Notes: generated by a model from the letters alone, not told the origin. 64,000 nucleotides of DNA from Lepidodermella squamata (GCA_047495785.1 JBLDXI010000001.1:4216001-4280000); one strand, 5' to 3'. Shown: positions 12,757 through 25,181, numbered from the stretch's first letter. Translations and numbers: made by a program.

Positions 12757-14038
12757 TCATTGAGCCAAGACGCAAGTGTTCTCAGCCGGGTTGAATGCAC
12801 CAACACCAGGGCAGCATCGTAGGACTCGCTGAGGATCATAGGCCGGTATACCAGTATCGCAGCAAGTGTAACCCGGACGGCACTGCTGAACAGGTTGGAC
12901 ATTCGATATTTGGCGCAAAGTTGAAACCGGAACGTTCTGAATGGGAACATTCTGCACTGGAACATTCTGTATCGGGACATTTTGGACCGGAACATTCTGG
13001 ATGGGGATATTCTGCACTGGGACATTCTGGACCGGAACGTTAACTGCTAGATTCGGGTTTTGAGCAGGTTGTTGCATCGTCAATGGGACAACGGCTCCGT
13101 TGTAGCACTGGGCCTTGGTGCGATCGAAAAGGGAAGTTCCGCAGCAGGCTAAAAAGTTGATATCTCCAGATGAGAAGATGTATTTGTAACCCTTGCAATC
13201 CAGAACAACACTTTCCCCAGCTTGGCGTTGAGCTGCAGAGGTTGGATTGTTAGCTACGTTGTTTCCTTGGAAGCAATTCATCGTCGGAGCGTAGTAAACC
13301 TATAAGACTCCAAAATCTGATTGGTTGGTGTGTTATTGCTATTCAGACTTACATTACTGCCACAGCAAGCGTAAGAACGAATTTGGTCAGCTGCAATGTA
13401 GTATTTTACAGAGTTCCCGCATATGAGGAAAGGGGAGTTCGCCGCTGCGGATGCCCCGGGAAGTTCGACGATTTGAAGTGGAGGGATTTGCTGAGGCTGT
13501 TGGACCTGAAGCTGAGGCTGGGGTTGCTGGACTTGAATTTGAGGTTGCTGAACCTGTAATTGAGGCTGCTGGACCACGAATTGTGGTTGAGACTGAGGGA
13601 GGACAACTGGTTGATTTTGCTGCTGAGGAAACGCCTGTGACAATGAAATGGGCTGCTGTTGTTGCTGTGGCTGAGGTTGGATGACTTGTCTTATCGGGAT
13701 CAGAATCGGAGGGTTCTGAATCGCGATTGGAGCTGGAGCTGGGGCTGGAGCAGGAGCGACTTGTTGAACTTGATTAGGGACCAACATTAGCCCTGATTGC
13801 TGCTGCTGCTGTTGTTGTTGAATTGTGCCAAGTCCGAACTGTTGAAACCACGGCTGAACCCATGTGAGCCCATTTCCAGAGGTTGCGCTAGGATCAGGTA
13901 GGACTACTCTTAAAAGCCTAGCCGGGTCTTGGCCTAGTTGAATTAGTTGAAATTATAATAGGTCAATGTTTCCTGGTAACACCTAGTACCTGTTACTATT
14001 GTTGTTAATAGGCTGGCGAGGAAGAGATGTGTAAACAT
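12757..14038 (-). CDS. Secreted Gln-rich di-cysteine (galaxin-like) protein, paralog B
   Basis: Signal peptide MFTHLFLASLLTTIVTG|Q. Exons about 14038-13990, 13933-13352, 13299-12757. YACCGSN|VYY, FLACCGTSLFD, C-terminal CCDTG..YDP....CCPGVGAFNP....C. Confidence 0.85.
12926..13042 (-). repeat. 15-nt coding tandem repeat (N[V/I]P[V/I]Q x about 8)
   Basis: Repeated ggaacattctg units encoding NVPVQNVPVQNIPIQNVPVQNVPIQ... Confidence 0.9.
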
Positions 14039-14440
14039 TTTTTGTCGTCGAAACTCTCGAAAGAGCGATGTTGGCAGAAAAATTACGGTGGACGCTAATA
14101 AACGACCGAGGCTTCTTTTACCATAACGGCGGCAGCAACGAACGAGTCGACGCCGTAAAAATCACCTACGCGTGGTCACTGCATGGCAGCAACTTGCCAG
14201 CAGTAAAAAAACTTCGGTCGAGAAACGTTCACGGGAGAGGAAAAAATAAGAAGATTAAACAGCTAAACATGTGACTTAAAGCATGTCGTGCGATGGATGA
14301 CACATGCGCGCTATCTCTCTTGTAGATAGTTAGATCATACAACCATGTTTCTGTATGTTGTAGTGTACTTTTGACCGCAATACAGAATTACAGGCATTGT
14401 TCAGCAAAAGTTGCCTCAAAACGTGTATAAGAGTGGAAAT

Positions 14441-15679
14441 TTATTCATTTGTAGTAGGGCACACAGCTACATTAGGATCATAAGGCCCTACTCCAGGGCA
14501 GCAAATTAAGTTTCCATCTGGATTATCAACAGCTGGGTAACTTTCGCAACAAATGTTCCTACTAGGACAGTTTCCATTTTCATTTCTTGGAGGACTGGGC
14601 TTCGGTTTACTTCGACAAATATCCATTCTTATGTCGTAAATCTCGCCGTTGCAACAAGCGTAGTACTTCCGTTCATCTGATGGCACCCAATGCTTGTAAG
14701 CATCACATACCATAAGAAATGGAACTGGGATCGGGGTTCCATTGGTTGTTGTAGTTCTCGGCCGTTCCGGGGCGATATTCCCATCAATGCACTTTTCTGT
14801 GGGCCAAAAATAAGCTTCTGTTCTACAGCATGCGTAAAATTGGAAGTCAACCGCTGACATCGAGTAACTTTTTCCGTTACAAAACAAAAATCGAATATTC
14901 GGATTATGAGTAGTCGAAGTTGTTGTTGTTGTAGATCTGGTCGTTCGGCGGATTACCGAATTAATTGAGCCCGACAGAGGCATAACTTTTGGCTGGTCAG
15001 AATTGAATGAAACACATCGATCGTTGACAATGTGATAGACTGAAGAGCCACAGCAGCGATAGTTTGGGTAAGGAACTCGCCATGCGACGCCATCACAAAC
15101 GATCTCAACTCGTTCGCTATGTAAGGAATTATTATAACGGAAAAGCAAGGTAAAAAAAGCAACTAACAGATAGACTGGACGGTGAGATGACTGCTCCATA
15201 GGTAGCACCCTTACCCCATTGAAAATATTGCCATTTGCACAATATTGGAGATCGGGAAAATATGACCGCTCCCCACAGCACATTTTTCTGACAAAAAATG
15301 AGAAAATTACAGGAACACGTGACATCGCGGGTGGGCGACCGGACACCTGCCTAAAATAGAAACAAATGGCGTATGATTTCGTAAGAGTTTGATGGAGCTC
15401 AGTTTTTCCGGTGGAGATGCAAAAAATGGTTACACGCCATTTGTTTCTTCTTTGGGCAGAACATCGCGACAAGATAATTCAGTCTTACGTTCCAGCTGGG
15501 TCGTAATGTTTAGCTGAGCCGCAACATAGAAAATTCGCCGGGCATGGAATTCTTCGGCCTAAGGAAGGATTTCTTCCATTTGAATTACCTGAATAAGGTC
15601 CGAACACGACTGTCCTTTGAGAGTCAGAAGTACTCAAGAGTGAGAACAGCGTCAAAATGAGGAACATAGTCGCATTCAT
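14441..15679 (-). CDS. Secreted di-cysteine (galaxin-like) protein with Thr-rich linkers, paralog C
   Basis: Signal peptide MNATMFLILTLFSLLSTSDS. Repeated CCG/YACC modules and the shared C-terminal CC......CCPGVGPYDP....C. Internal exon boundaries (15490-15110) are uncertain. Confidence 0.8.
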
Positions 15680-16208
15680 CTATGAAATTGAAGAATCAAA
15701 AATGCAGCTGTTGGAAGTGACTAGGAAGTTTTGACGTTCTTTTCCGCAACTTCCAAAAAAATTAGCAAGGATGGCAAGGAATCTCTACTCTCTATTGTTT
15801 CGATGCATCTCTTCACTAAAAAATGTTTCCCATACGTGCAATATACCATGACCACCAGTAGGAAAAAGGTGACACGTGCGAGGCTTGACACCAAAATGCA
15901 CTTGTTTCGGTTCCGGTAAATAAGGGTTCAAAATTCCATCATTAAACACATCGCTTTTATTAAATCGATGAAACATCAAGCTATAGTTTCGCATCACCCA
16001 TGACGCTCTAGGATCACTTTTCTGTCACATCATCATGGCAAAGCTTATGAAGAAGCGAAATAAAAGCTACAACAAGCTGATTTTACACACAAAGGAAGGG
16101 TGCGCGGCAATGATATCACTCGAAGCTCTCAGTGCTTATACATACACGTAAAATATCGACAAGGACAGCGTTATTTAGATTATTGAGACGTATGTAATCA
16201 CTGGTCTT

Positions 16209-18574
16209 TCAGTTGCCGATCAAAGCGAGCAGGGACTTCTTGTAATCGCCCGAGGTTTCGTTCTCAACGGCTTTGTACAGAGACTTCCCATACAGGCGTT
16301 GGTATTCGCCCTTAATAGCTCCAAGGTCGAAATCAGCTCGCGAAACGATAATGCGCAAAAGTTGATCGTCATGGGTGCCGGCACCAGCCATAGCGTCCTG
16401 CAAACGAGTTGCAAAGTACAGGGGACGGTTGCGAATGGCCAAGACTAAGGTGAAAAAGAAATAAATGGAAATTACAAATAAGTTCAAATAAAGACTTACT
16501 GACAGCGACCAAAGCGTGGGAAATGTCTCCACTGAACTCGGACTTGACGACATCGACGAGGTCCTTTTTATATTCGCGAGCGTAGACATCGAAGATGACT
16601 CGCAATTGGCTGTAGCTACGGCCAGCAAGGATGGCATTGAAGCGAACTTCATCAGTTCCAGTAATCTTCTGACCAGCGTCGTACAGGGCCTTCGCATCCG
16701 CAGCAGCTGCGGCCATGTCAGGGTGCGAATCGGCCGGGCGATTGCAGGTCAGCAGCGACACAAGGAGTCGGCGGAAATATCCACTCGTATCGCTTGACAC
16801 GTCCTTCTCCAAGGCCTTTCCATACACTAAAGGCACAGGAATTGATAGAAATTTCATAGTTTGAGTAAAAACCTACTTGTCTTGTAGGCAGCTTCAATCG
16901 CTCGGAGCTCTTCGTTAGATTTCGTGCAGATAACCTCAACCAGGCAGTCTTCATCAGTCCCAGCGCCTGAGATAGCCTTATGCAGTTCGTAGGCCGCCAG
17001 TTCGGTCGGGGTCTTGAGAAGACGGGCGAGGACCTTGTGGAAATGCCCGCTGGTCTCGCTCTCAACTTCCTTCTCCAAATCTTTGCCGAATAGTTGCTTG
17101 TAGGTGCGTTCGATTTCATTACGCTGCTGCCACGAGCGTTTGCATAAAACAGCGATTAAGGCACCTTCGTCGGTACCGACTCCTTTCATAGCCTTCCGCA
17201 GGACCTCGCAATCCTTCTGGGCATTGAAGTTGGGATCAGGCAGGACGGTCGGAGCGTAGATTTCAGTGCTCATGTTTTGTGGAACTGGAGGTTGGTAGTA
17301 TAAATGAGATTGAGGATTGCCTATGAAATGAACAGATTTAATAGTGGAACAAAGTAAATCGGGCCTGGGGCAAACAAAGCAATTCTAGCGGGTCACATTC
17401 TGTTTACTGAGCCTAAGAACTGTTTTTTTCTCTAGGATCCGCAATACATTTTAATCTAATATGAGCACTGTGAGATGAAAAATATGGAATAATTTTACGA
17501 CTGACTCAAGAGCGCTCTTCGACCAATAGAAAGATTTTTTAAGAGCGAAAAACCCATCACTGCAAGCTGAGAGAATTATAGATTTTCCCAAGACATAAGG
17601 AATGCTTCAATCCCTAGAGGCTGAGAATAAAGAATGTCTATCAATTTATGTCACCCACTGAACGGTCCGTGGACTGATTTCAGTAGAAAACTCAGAAGTC
17701 TAGCATCTTTGATCAATAAAAGTATAAGGTAATGTTGATCATATGTCAGCGAATTTGACAAATTTTATGTCTACATACATGTGTATAAATGGCTGATAAC
17801 GCAATTTGAGCTAATGATAAATATAATGCTGAAAATAGAGTCAAACGCGCTGAAAGATCTTAGGGAAATTGGAGAAGACAGGCTTATCTATCGCGTTGAC
17901 GTCTTAAAAAGGCCGTGCTCACTCATCGTCTCAGTCTGCTGAGTCACGCTGCCTTCGTGTTATGAAATAGCACCTGTTCGCCCCTCATCTTGCAGTAAAA
18001 TGATCATTATATTATGATGAGGAGACGCAAAACACTGCTGCATGAATAATTAAGTAAAATAAAATCAATGAAGCTACGGCGGGCTTAGTCATTGAATTCC
18101 GGCTTTAGCAAAAAGTAGGTAGAGTAAATAGGCTGAAAAAAGCTTACCGTATGGCTGTTGAGGCGGGTAGCCAGCAGCAGCTGGCGGATATCCGGCTGGC
18201 TGTGGAGGATATCCGGCTGGTTGAGGCGGGTAACCAGCTGGTGGATAGCCGAGTTGTTGCGGCGGATAACCTGGTTGTTGAGGTGGATAACCAGGCTGTT
18301 GAGGTGGGTAACCAGGCTGTTGGGGTGGGTAGCCGGGTTGCTGAGGTGGATAGCCAGGATAACCCGGTTGAGCGGGAGGATAACCCGGGGCCTGCGGATA
18401 ACCAGGTGCAGCAGGTGGATAGCCGGGAGCTCCAGGGGCCGGTGGGTATCCTGGATAACCACCCTGAGGAGGAGGATAGCCCGGGGCTGCCGGGTAACCA
18501 GGTTGGCCAGGTGGAGGATAACCAGGCTGACCAGTTGGCGGATATGGTGGGTAACCTCCAGGAGGATACGACAT
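16209..18574 (-). CDS. Annexin copy 3, annexin A7/A11-like with GYPP-rich N-terminal tail
   Basis: Exons about 18574-18148 ([10 protein letters not shown]...), 17320-16877, 16826-16500, 16444-16209, splicing in frame. Four intact repeats ([24 protein letters not shown]). Confidence 0.93.
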
Positions 18575-19231
18575 CGCAATTGTTGTAGTAAAATAAACCT
18601 ATACAGAAGGTACAACGTTAACACACATTTTCCGCATTACTTGGGTATAGAGTGAGTAGAAAGATAAAAATCTGGATAAACACCGTATGAAGAAAAAATC
18701 GGCAGCTATGATTATGCATACTCTACCAGTAAAAGAGGGCATGTAAGTAGCGCTCATCATATTAGAAATCAGGCTCATAAACAATCCTAGTGTGTAAAAC
18801 TGAGCAATCGTAGTGACTACCAATGCTCAAGTATTAACTCTTGTATTATGAGCAGCTGTGAATCCAAGCGTAATATTGATGTTTACCCTGGCTAAAATTA
18901 TAATATGCGTAGTTAGCTATAGGCAAAAAACGCGTCTTCATGCTATAAAACTAGCCGGGTAGAATAATCCAAAGTGTAGCGAGGCCTCGTGAAACTGCAT
19001 TCTAATGGCTCGACCAGGTGAGGAAAAATTGGTTTACTGAATACTCTCTCTTAAAGCAGCAGAAAAATAGAGCACTGCAAAAACGGCGACGGTGGCACAG
19101 CCACATGTTTATTTTGAATAATAACGTAGCCATTCATAAGGCATGCATTGAATACACGCACGAACATCTGCATATACAATACACCTACGTCACACTTTGT
19201 GTGTAAAAAAACAGTTATTAATATTGATGAT

Positions 19232-22200
19232 TCATCGCAGGTCGTCATTCAGGCTATCATCGCATTGGCTAGGTTGATTTTCTTCAATTGGCTCTAATGA
19301 ACGCGGCATTTCAGCTGTTTCATTACTGCCCTGGTGAACAATCCCGTTTTGAGGCCGTTCCTCGAAAACGTCTTCAGTATTATAGCCGCGGAATGATTCA
19401 TCCTGTGAAGTCGCAGTTTCCTCCGTTGGTTGCCTCGAGATTGTTAGCCGCGAATTCGGGACATAAAGGTACTCGGATCCCGCGGTTTCTTCAGTAGGCT
19501 GACGGGATAAATTAAATCGATAGTCGGGTACGAGTAAATAATTGTCATATGCAGCTGTTTCCTCAGTTGGTTGGCGTGATAGCTTCCATCTCACAGCTTC
19601 CTCTCCCTCCATGCCTCCACTAACCACGGTTGGATCGATATAGGACCTCCCAGTGCTCTTCTTAACATTGCTTGGGCTTTTACCAACAGGGGACGAAGCT
19701 TTGCTGGCGAATTTCTTCTGCGCTAAACTCGTATGAGATCTCCTACCCGGGCTATTCACACCCTGCTTACACGTACTAATCAGGAGATGAGTATCGGGGT
19801 GACTAGTACACGTATTCGAAATGTGACCCCTGCCGCCGCAATTTGTGCATTTGATGGTGATGGCGCTAACGAAAAGACCTCCGATAATGCCCTCTGTGTG
19901 GCGTCGGGCGGGTTTAGCTTTGCCATCTTGTAGTTTCTTCGTTTCTTTTTTGGTGAAAAGAGCGCGGATGACGTCGGTTTCGTCCATTTTCTCATCTCCA
20001 TCCTTATTGCGTTTTTCGACGCTTTTTCGGATTACGTAACCAACGAGATATTTCGTGAGTAAGTACTCGACTAGGACAATCAGGAAGCATAGGACTAGAC
20101 CCATAAGAAGTAGGACGAAAGCAGACGTGAAATTGGGAATTCCGAGCTGAAAACTCTTGTTAGATTCGGCCTGTTTCCGGTACTTGCAAGCTCCTGATAG
20201 CCAATATTCCGACAGACGTTGTAGAAACCCTAAACCGATATCAAGTCAAAATAAAATCAGAGTTGAACTTCAGAAGCTTACCGTTATATTGGTACTCAAC
20301 GATGAATTTCTCGAAAACCGGTAGCCATGTTGAGCCTCGAGGAAACCCGATTCCATAACCGGTCATAGCGTACCATTTCCCGACAACGTTCAACTCGCAT
20401 TCATTGTCGTGACTGCTTTTGTACTCCAGCACAGTTGCGTCGTAAATAAACGCGTCTAATTGACCTGTTTTCAGGGCTTTGATGCCTTTTGACGCTGAGC
20501 TTTGGTTGAACTGCCGCATGTATTCGAAAGTATCTGGAAAATTGTTCTTAATAAAAGCTTCCGTAGCTCCAGATGAGACGGTTCCAAACTTGTAAGGAGG
20601 CTGTTTCGTATAAGGATTCTTCAACTGTAAAGATTGACATAAACTTTGAAATCATTCATATTTCTAGGAAGTTTGGTTTACTCTATAATCCTCTAATCCA
20701 TTAAAATCGTAGAAATCGTCTTTTGCAATCATGAATACGGCAAGATTGGCCATGTAAGAGGATGAAAAGATCACGCAAAACATGCCCCAGACTCCCATCA
20801 TTAACTTCGCTCCAAACGTAGTGGGCATATCTACTTTAACGGCTGCTTTGAAAAGCATAGCCCAAACAAGCCAAAGTGAAGCGAAGACCGAAAATCCACC
20901 TGCAGTTAACGGGTAGGTTGACAAGTTGGCCCACCAGTGAAGTTGAAACTTACCAGGATTGCTCTGAGTCTTCGCTGGAGCAAATAAGTCTGAGTGGTTT
21001 TTAGTTGAGATGCGTTCAAAGTAATACACAGATAGCACTACGGCAGTTACACATCCGGCCAAAATCGCGAACCAAGCAAGAGGGGAGAAAGGCTCTGAAA
21101 GTTACATTTCAAACCAAGAGCAAGATCAGAGAGCAAATCAAACCTAGCAAAGCCATTGGAGATATCGCACCGGGTCTAACTGCAACCATTATTGTGATGC
21201 CGGTTTCTGGAAATCAAAGTTGAGCTGAGAACAGAATATGGATTATCAATCAAACCAAGAAAAGGTAGAGTGAAATCAATGGCTTGACTTCTTTCCTTGT
21301 TAATCTTCAAAGATGTTAGAACTGTCAGAAAAAAGATAATGGGCTGCTCTTCTCAAAAAATGTTTGAAAGTTACCCAAGTCGGCCTCCTCGTCCAGCAGA
21401 GCTCTTACAAGACCGTTCCACTCCCCAGTTAACGGAGACCTTCCGCCCCATTTTCGATCTCGAACCTCAAAAATGTGATACTTGAACCCGATATCAATCG
21501 AGAGCCTCTGAAGCAGATCAATGCAGAGACCAGAGCAGCAAGCGTAATGCCCAACCAAAGTGCCGTTCACTTTTCGCTCAGCAACAGCTTCCTCCGCATT
21601 TTCATGCCCTTCTGACGTCATGTTGCCATGCATCTCAGCTTCTTCCTTCGACTCAACGATTGGCGCTAGTTCGCAGCGAACTCCGTTATTCGGACACTCG
21701 CCATTAGCATCTGGAGCTCCGTATATCACATACCTAAAAAATATAATAAGTATAAAAAGGTGCATTTAGACTTAGGAGTTCTAATCGAACTCACGGAGGC
21801 TCCTCAAGGGTGACAATATTCAAAAACACAGAGCGGTCTCCAGCGCGGGCTGTTCCTCGAATTAGAGACCATGCCTTGTAATTGGTCGCATTCTCCCGAA
21901 ACCCGTTATGCTCCGACCAGTTCCCCAGCCTTCGCCACCGTAAGCCAGTGTCCATATAGGACATGACTATAGACCGTCCAATTTGTGATATCGCCTGCTC
22001 ACGGACCGAATGATTAGCCGACGCTTCCTTCGCTTCGATCAAGTATTTGTAAAACAAATGGCGATACTGCCAAGTTTCAGGTTTGCCCTCTCCACATAGG
22101 CCAGATGGTGAGATATTTGTATGGTTATCGGCAAGCCCTGGCAATGAGGCAAGACGTCTAACAGCCCTAGTCCATAATTCAGTCGCGGCTTTGATGACCT

Positions 22201-24519
22201 CCAACTGGGCATCGAATGAAGTTTGGTAAGATGCTACAACCGTACCAGGCGCAATGTTAGTCGTCGATTTCCGCCCACTTGGAACCTTAGCATCAAGGTG
22301 TTCCATACTGTCGCCCATTAATGGTCTCCCGCCGATCCATAGGTAATTTTCTGACGTCATTCCAAGAATCCTCGCCTCGCCGAATATGTCATTAGCCTCG
22401 TCGACGTTACTCCACAGGATGATGACATTCGCTCGGGTTGAGTCGCGGATGAACATGAGCTCGTTCCGGATGAGCCTTCGCCATTTCGAGGGGGCTGATA
22501 TGCGACCACCTGGGAGTCGAACGATATGGCGAATAACCGGCTGGAAGTGAGCGTCGTGGACGTCGACTCGTCTTGATGAGAATTTCCGGTTTCTATCAGC
22601 CATCTCACCAATCATCCTGAGAGAAACATAAACAAATAAAATTATGATCCTGTGTGAGGTTGGACGTTCCGGATGAGTGAAATCAAACCTTGACATTTGA
22701 TCACCTCATTATGCAGAGTTCGAGAGAAAGCTCGTATCATCCGCTGACCTTATCATGTGATGTCTTTACCGGGTCGTTTTTTGCATGTTAATTAGTACGA
22801 AACTACCACTGCACACAACTTTTTAATTGTCGCGACCTCTCTTCGGCAAAATGAAGTGTTTCCTCCTGATTTTAGTTATCTTGAGTTCTTACGTTGTCGC
22901 TTATTATGACCCTTATAAGGAATTCAGACGTGTAGAATTGGATAAAGGTTTGCATTATTTCCCTTAATCAAGTTTCCTAAACTCTGCTCTCCGATTGCTA
23001 GAGATGGCTTGCAAGTTCAGGCCGTGGAATACGACTTGTGTCTCGCACATTTCTAAAGAAACACCCATGACGGTGAACGAATGTGCCCATTATTGCGACG
23101 AACGTCCTGAGTGCCGGTCGTTTCGAACCGATTTCTACAACAGTGTTTGCTACCTATACGACAAGTTTGGATGCAGGCGACGCGTTGCACCGCCGCCGAA
23201 TAGCGAAGTCTACGTTTTCAAATGGTCAAGAAAGGTCGTCGACAAAATCACATGGTGTTAAGGACTCAACGAACGATGAAGATCATTGATATTACCCCAT
23301 AGTCATTAGACCGTGACCTATACCCATTGATTACCTAATAGCAATAAAACCTAATAGAATTTAGGTCGCGCAAATCAATAAAATTTGAGCCAATAATTAA
23401 TTGTTGGAATTTTTTTCAAAACGTGTCAAAAAGGGTCTCCATACTTATTGATTTTTGCTCTGGTGTAAAATTTGAAAAAAATAATAATTAAATTAATTAA
23501 TTAAAATCATTAAATAAAAATAAAAATCATGAATAAAATCACATTTTAATTTAAAATTTAATCTCAAAAAAGTTAGTTATTTTTTAAGGTGTAGGGACCT
23601 ACCGAATAAATTCTTCCGCACCCGGCGTTTGCATGACTGCCACCAAAGTGTAAGTTTTAAACCGTTGCGATCTCAAAAAGTCGATGATAGCCGCGGCCTG
23701 GTCAAGAATAGTCGGCGCCATGAGCAGCAGACCGCGCCGCGCCGTCGCCGCCTGGCCCCCTGTCGTGGTCATATCCTCGATCTGATGCGCCGCCGATGAC
23801 CACAACATGGATGGCACGCCAACATTATTAGCTAGCGTTGTGATGAAAGTTGCCAGGTGACTTTCGTCATCACTTTGAACCTTCTTGTCGATTATTATGA
23901 GGACGGCATTCAGGCCTTTTGCGGCTGTTGAGCAGAACACATTCCTCACAGCTTCAGCGACTGATTGACCCCCGGTCTAGATCAAAATTCCAAAAATTAA
24001 AAAAAAGCAGTCGTTAAAAATGTAAATTTAAAATTTAAAAATTAATAATCGGAAATTTTGAAAAATTTTAGGATTTTGAAATTTTGAAATTTTTTTAATA
24101 AATATTGAAATTTTAAAAATGCTGCGAAATTTATGGGAGAGGCTCACATAGACTGGGTTGACTTGAAATCGCGGCTCGACAAGTCGCGGAACTTGCATCA
24201 CTGAACTGTGTCCATCGTACAGGAACGCCGGTTTGACACGCTTCATTGAACTCGGCGGCTGGAGATAACGCTTCAGCTGTTCCCGAATCTTCGCATTCGT
24301 CAAATTTTGATGCGGTAACACAAACGCGATTGAGACGACTGGCGATGCCTTTGTCAGGGCTGCTAGGGTGTCTAAGGCGTTGGTGGGTGATGCGAGGTCA
24401 TCGATTGAGCTGCCATAAAGGGTCGGGTCAAGGTTATTGAGACTAGCATTACTAGTCACTTGGGCGAATATTAAGCAAAAATTAGCCGTAAAGATGTGTA
24501 AAAGTGTAAAAATCTTCAT
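19232..24519 (-). CDS. Nmdar2: Ionotropic glutamate receptor, NMDA GluN2-like subunit (divergent)
   Basis: Signal peptide, ATD, S1 (VTLEEPP|YV, CCSGLCIDLL, WNGLV, SLKINKER, FLETGITIMV), M1-M3 (WLVWAMLF, SYMANLAVFMI), S2 (FGTV..GATE, LDAFIYDATVL, MTGYGIGFP) and M4. About 9 exons. Confidence 0.88.
22851..23261 (+). CDS. Small secreted PAN/apple-like Cys-rich protein nested antisense in an NMDAR intron
   Basis: Exon 1 22851-22947 (MKCFLLILVILSSYVVA signal) splices in phase 1 to exon 2 about 23002-23261. Pattern ECAHYCDERPECRSF.......CYLY. Confidence 0.8.
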
Positions 24520-25181
24520 ATCGCCTATCAATTGTGAATGTTAAACTATATTCAGTTCAATCGACTGCTTAAAAAATGGATGAAATAAAATAATGATAAA
24601 ACTAATAATAATCCATTAATTCTTATGCAAATAATGACGGAGAAAAAAAATTATTTCTGAAAATAAATATTTACCATAAATCAAGGGAAAAATCCTGAAA
24701 ATGCCAAAAAATTGCAAAAAGTCCATGTAAATGAAATTAATTTCTTTCGACACGCAAAACCGATTGGCAACCGGATGCTATTATGTTTGCGATACTATCG
24801 TAACGATTTGAGCATATGTGATGATCTTTCGTTGTATCATATTTCGCGCCCCAAGTGTGCGGTCTTAGACGTCCCTGGGCGGCTGCAATCGGTCAGCGTC
24901 CACCATTATCGATGATGAAAAAGCGCAATCACGGCGAAATGGAAGAATATTGTTTTTATTGCATTAATATCGCTATTTTACAACTCGCATTTCCTTTTTG
25001 GTTTTCAAAATCAATGAATGGAATGCATAATTTTTCATTTGGATAAACGTGAAATCAATACTTCAAAAAATCATCATTTTATTCCGAGGTCAAATTTTCA
25101 AAAAAGGTCAAACAGACTCAAGTTTATTGTTCTTTCGATTTCATTTTCTCCGCATTCCTTACGATGATGTACTCCCGATTT

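Noticed and set aside
18085-18655. Long overlapping ORFs in other frames or strands of the GYPP exons (also 27737-28177 and 50496-51199)
   Set aside because: Shadow ORFs of GC-rich repetitive coding sequence.
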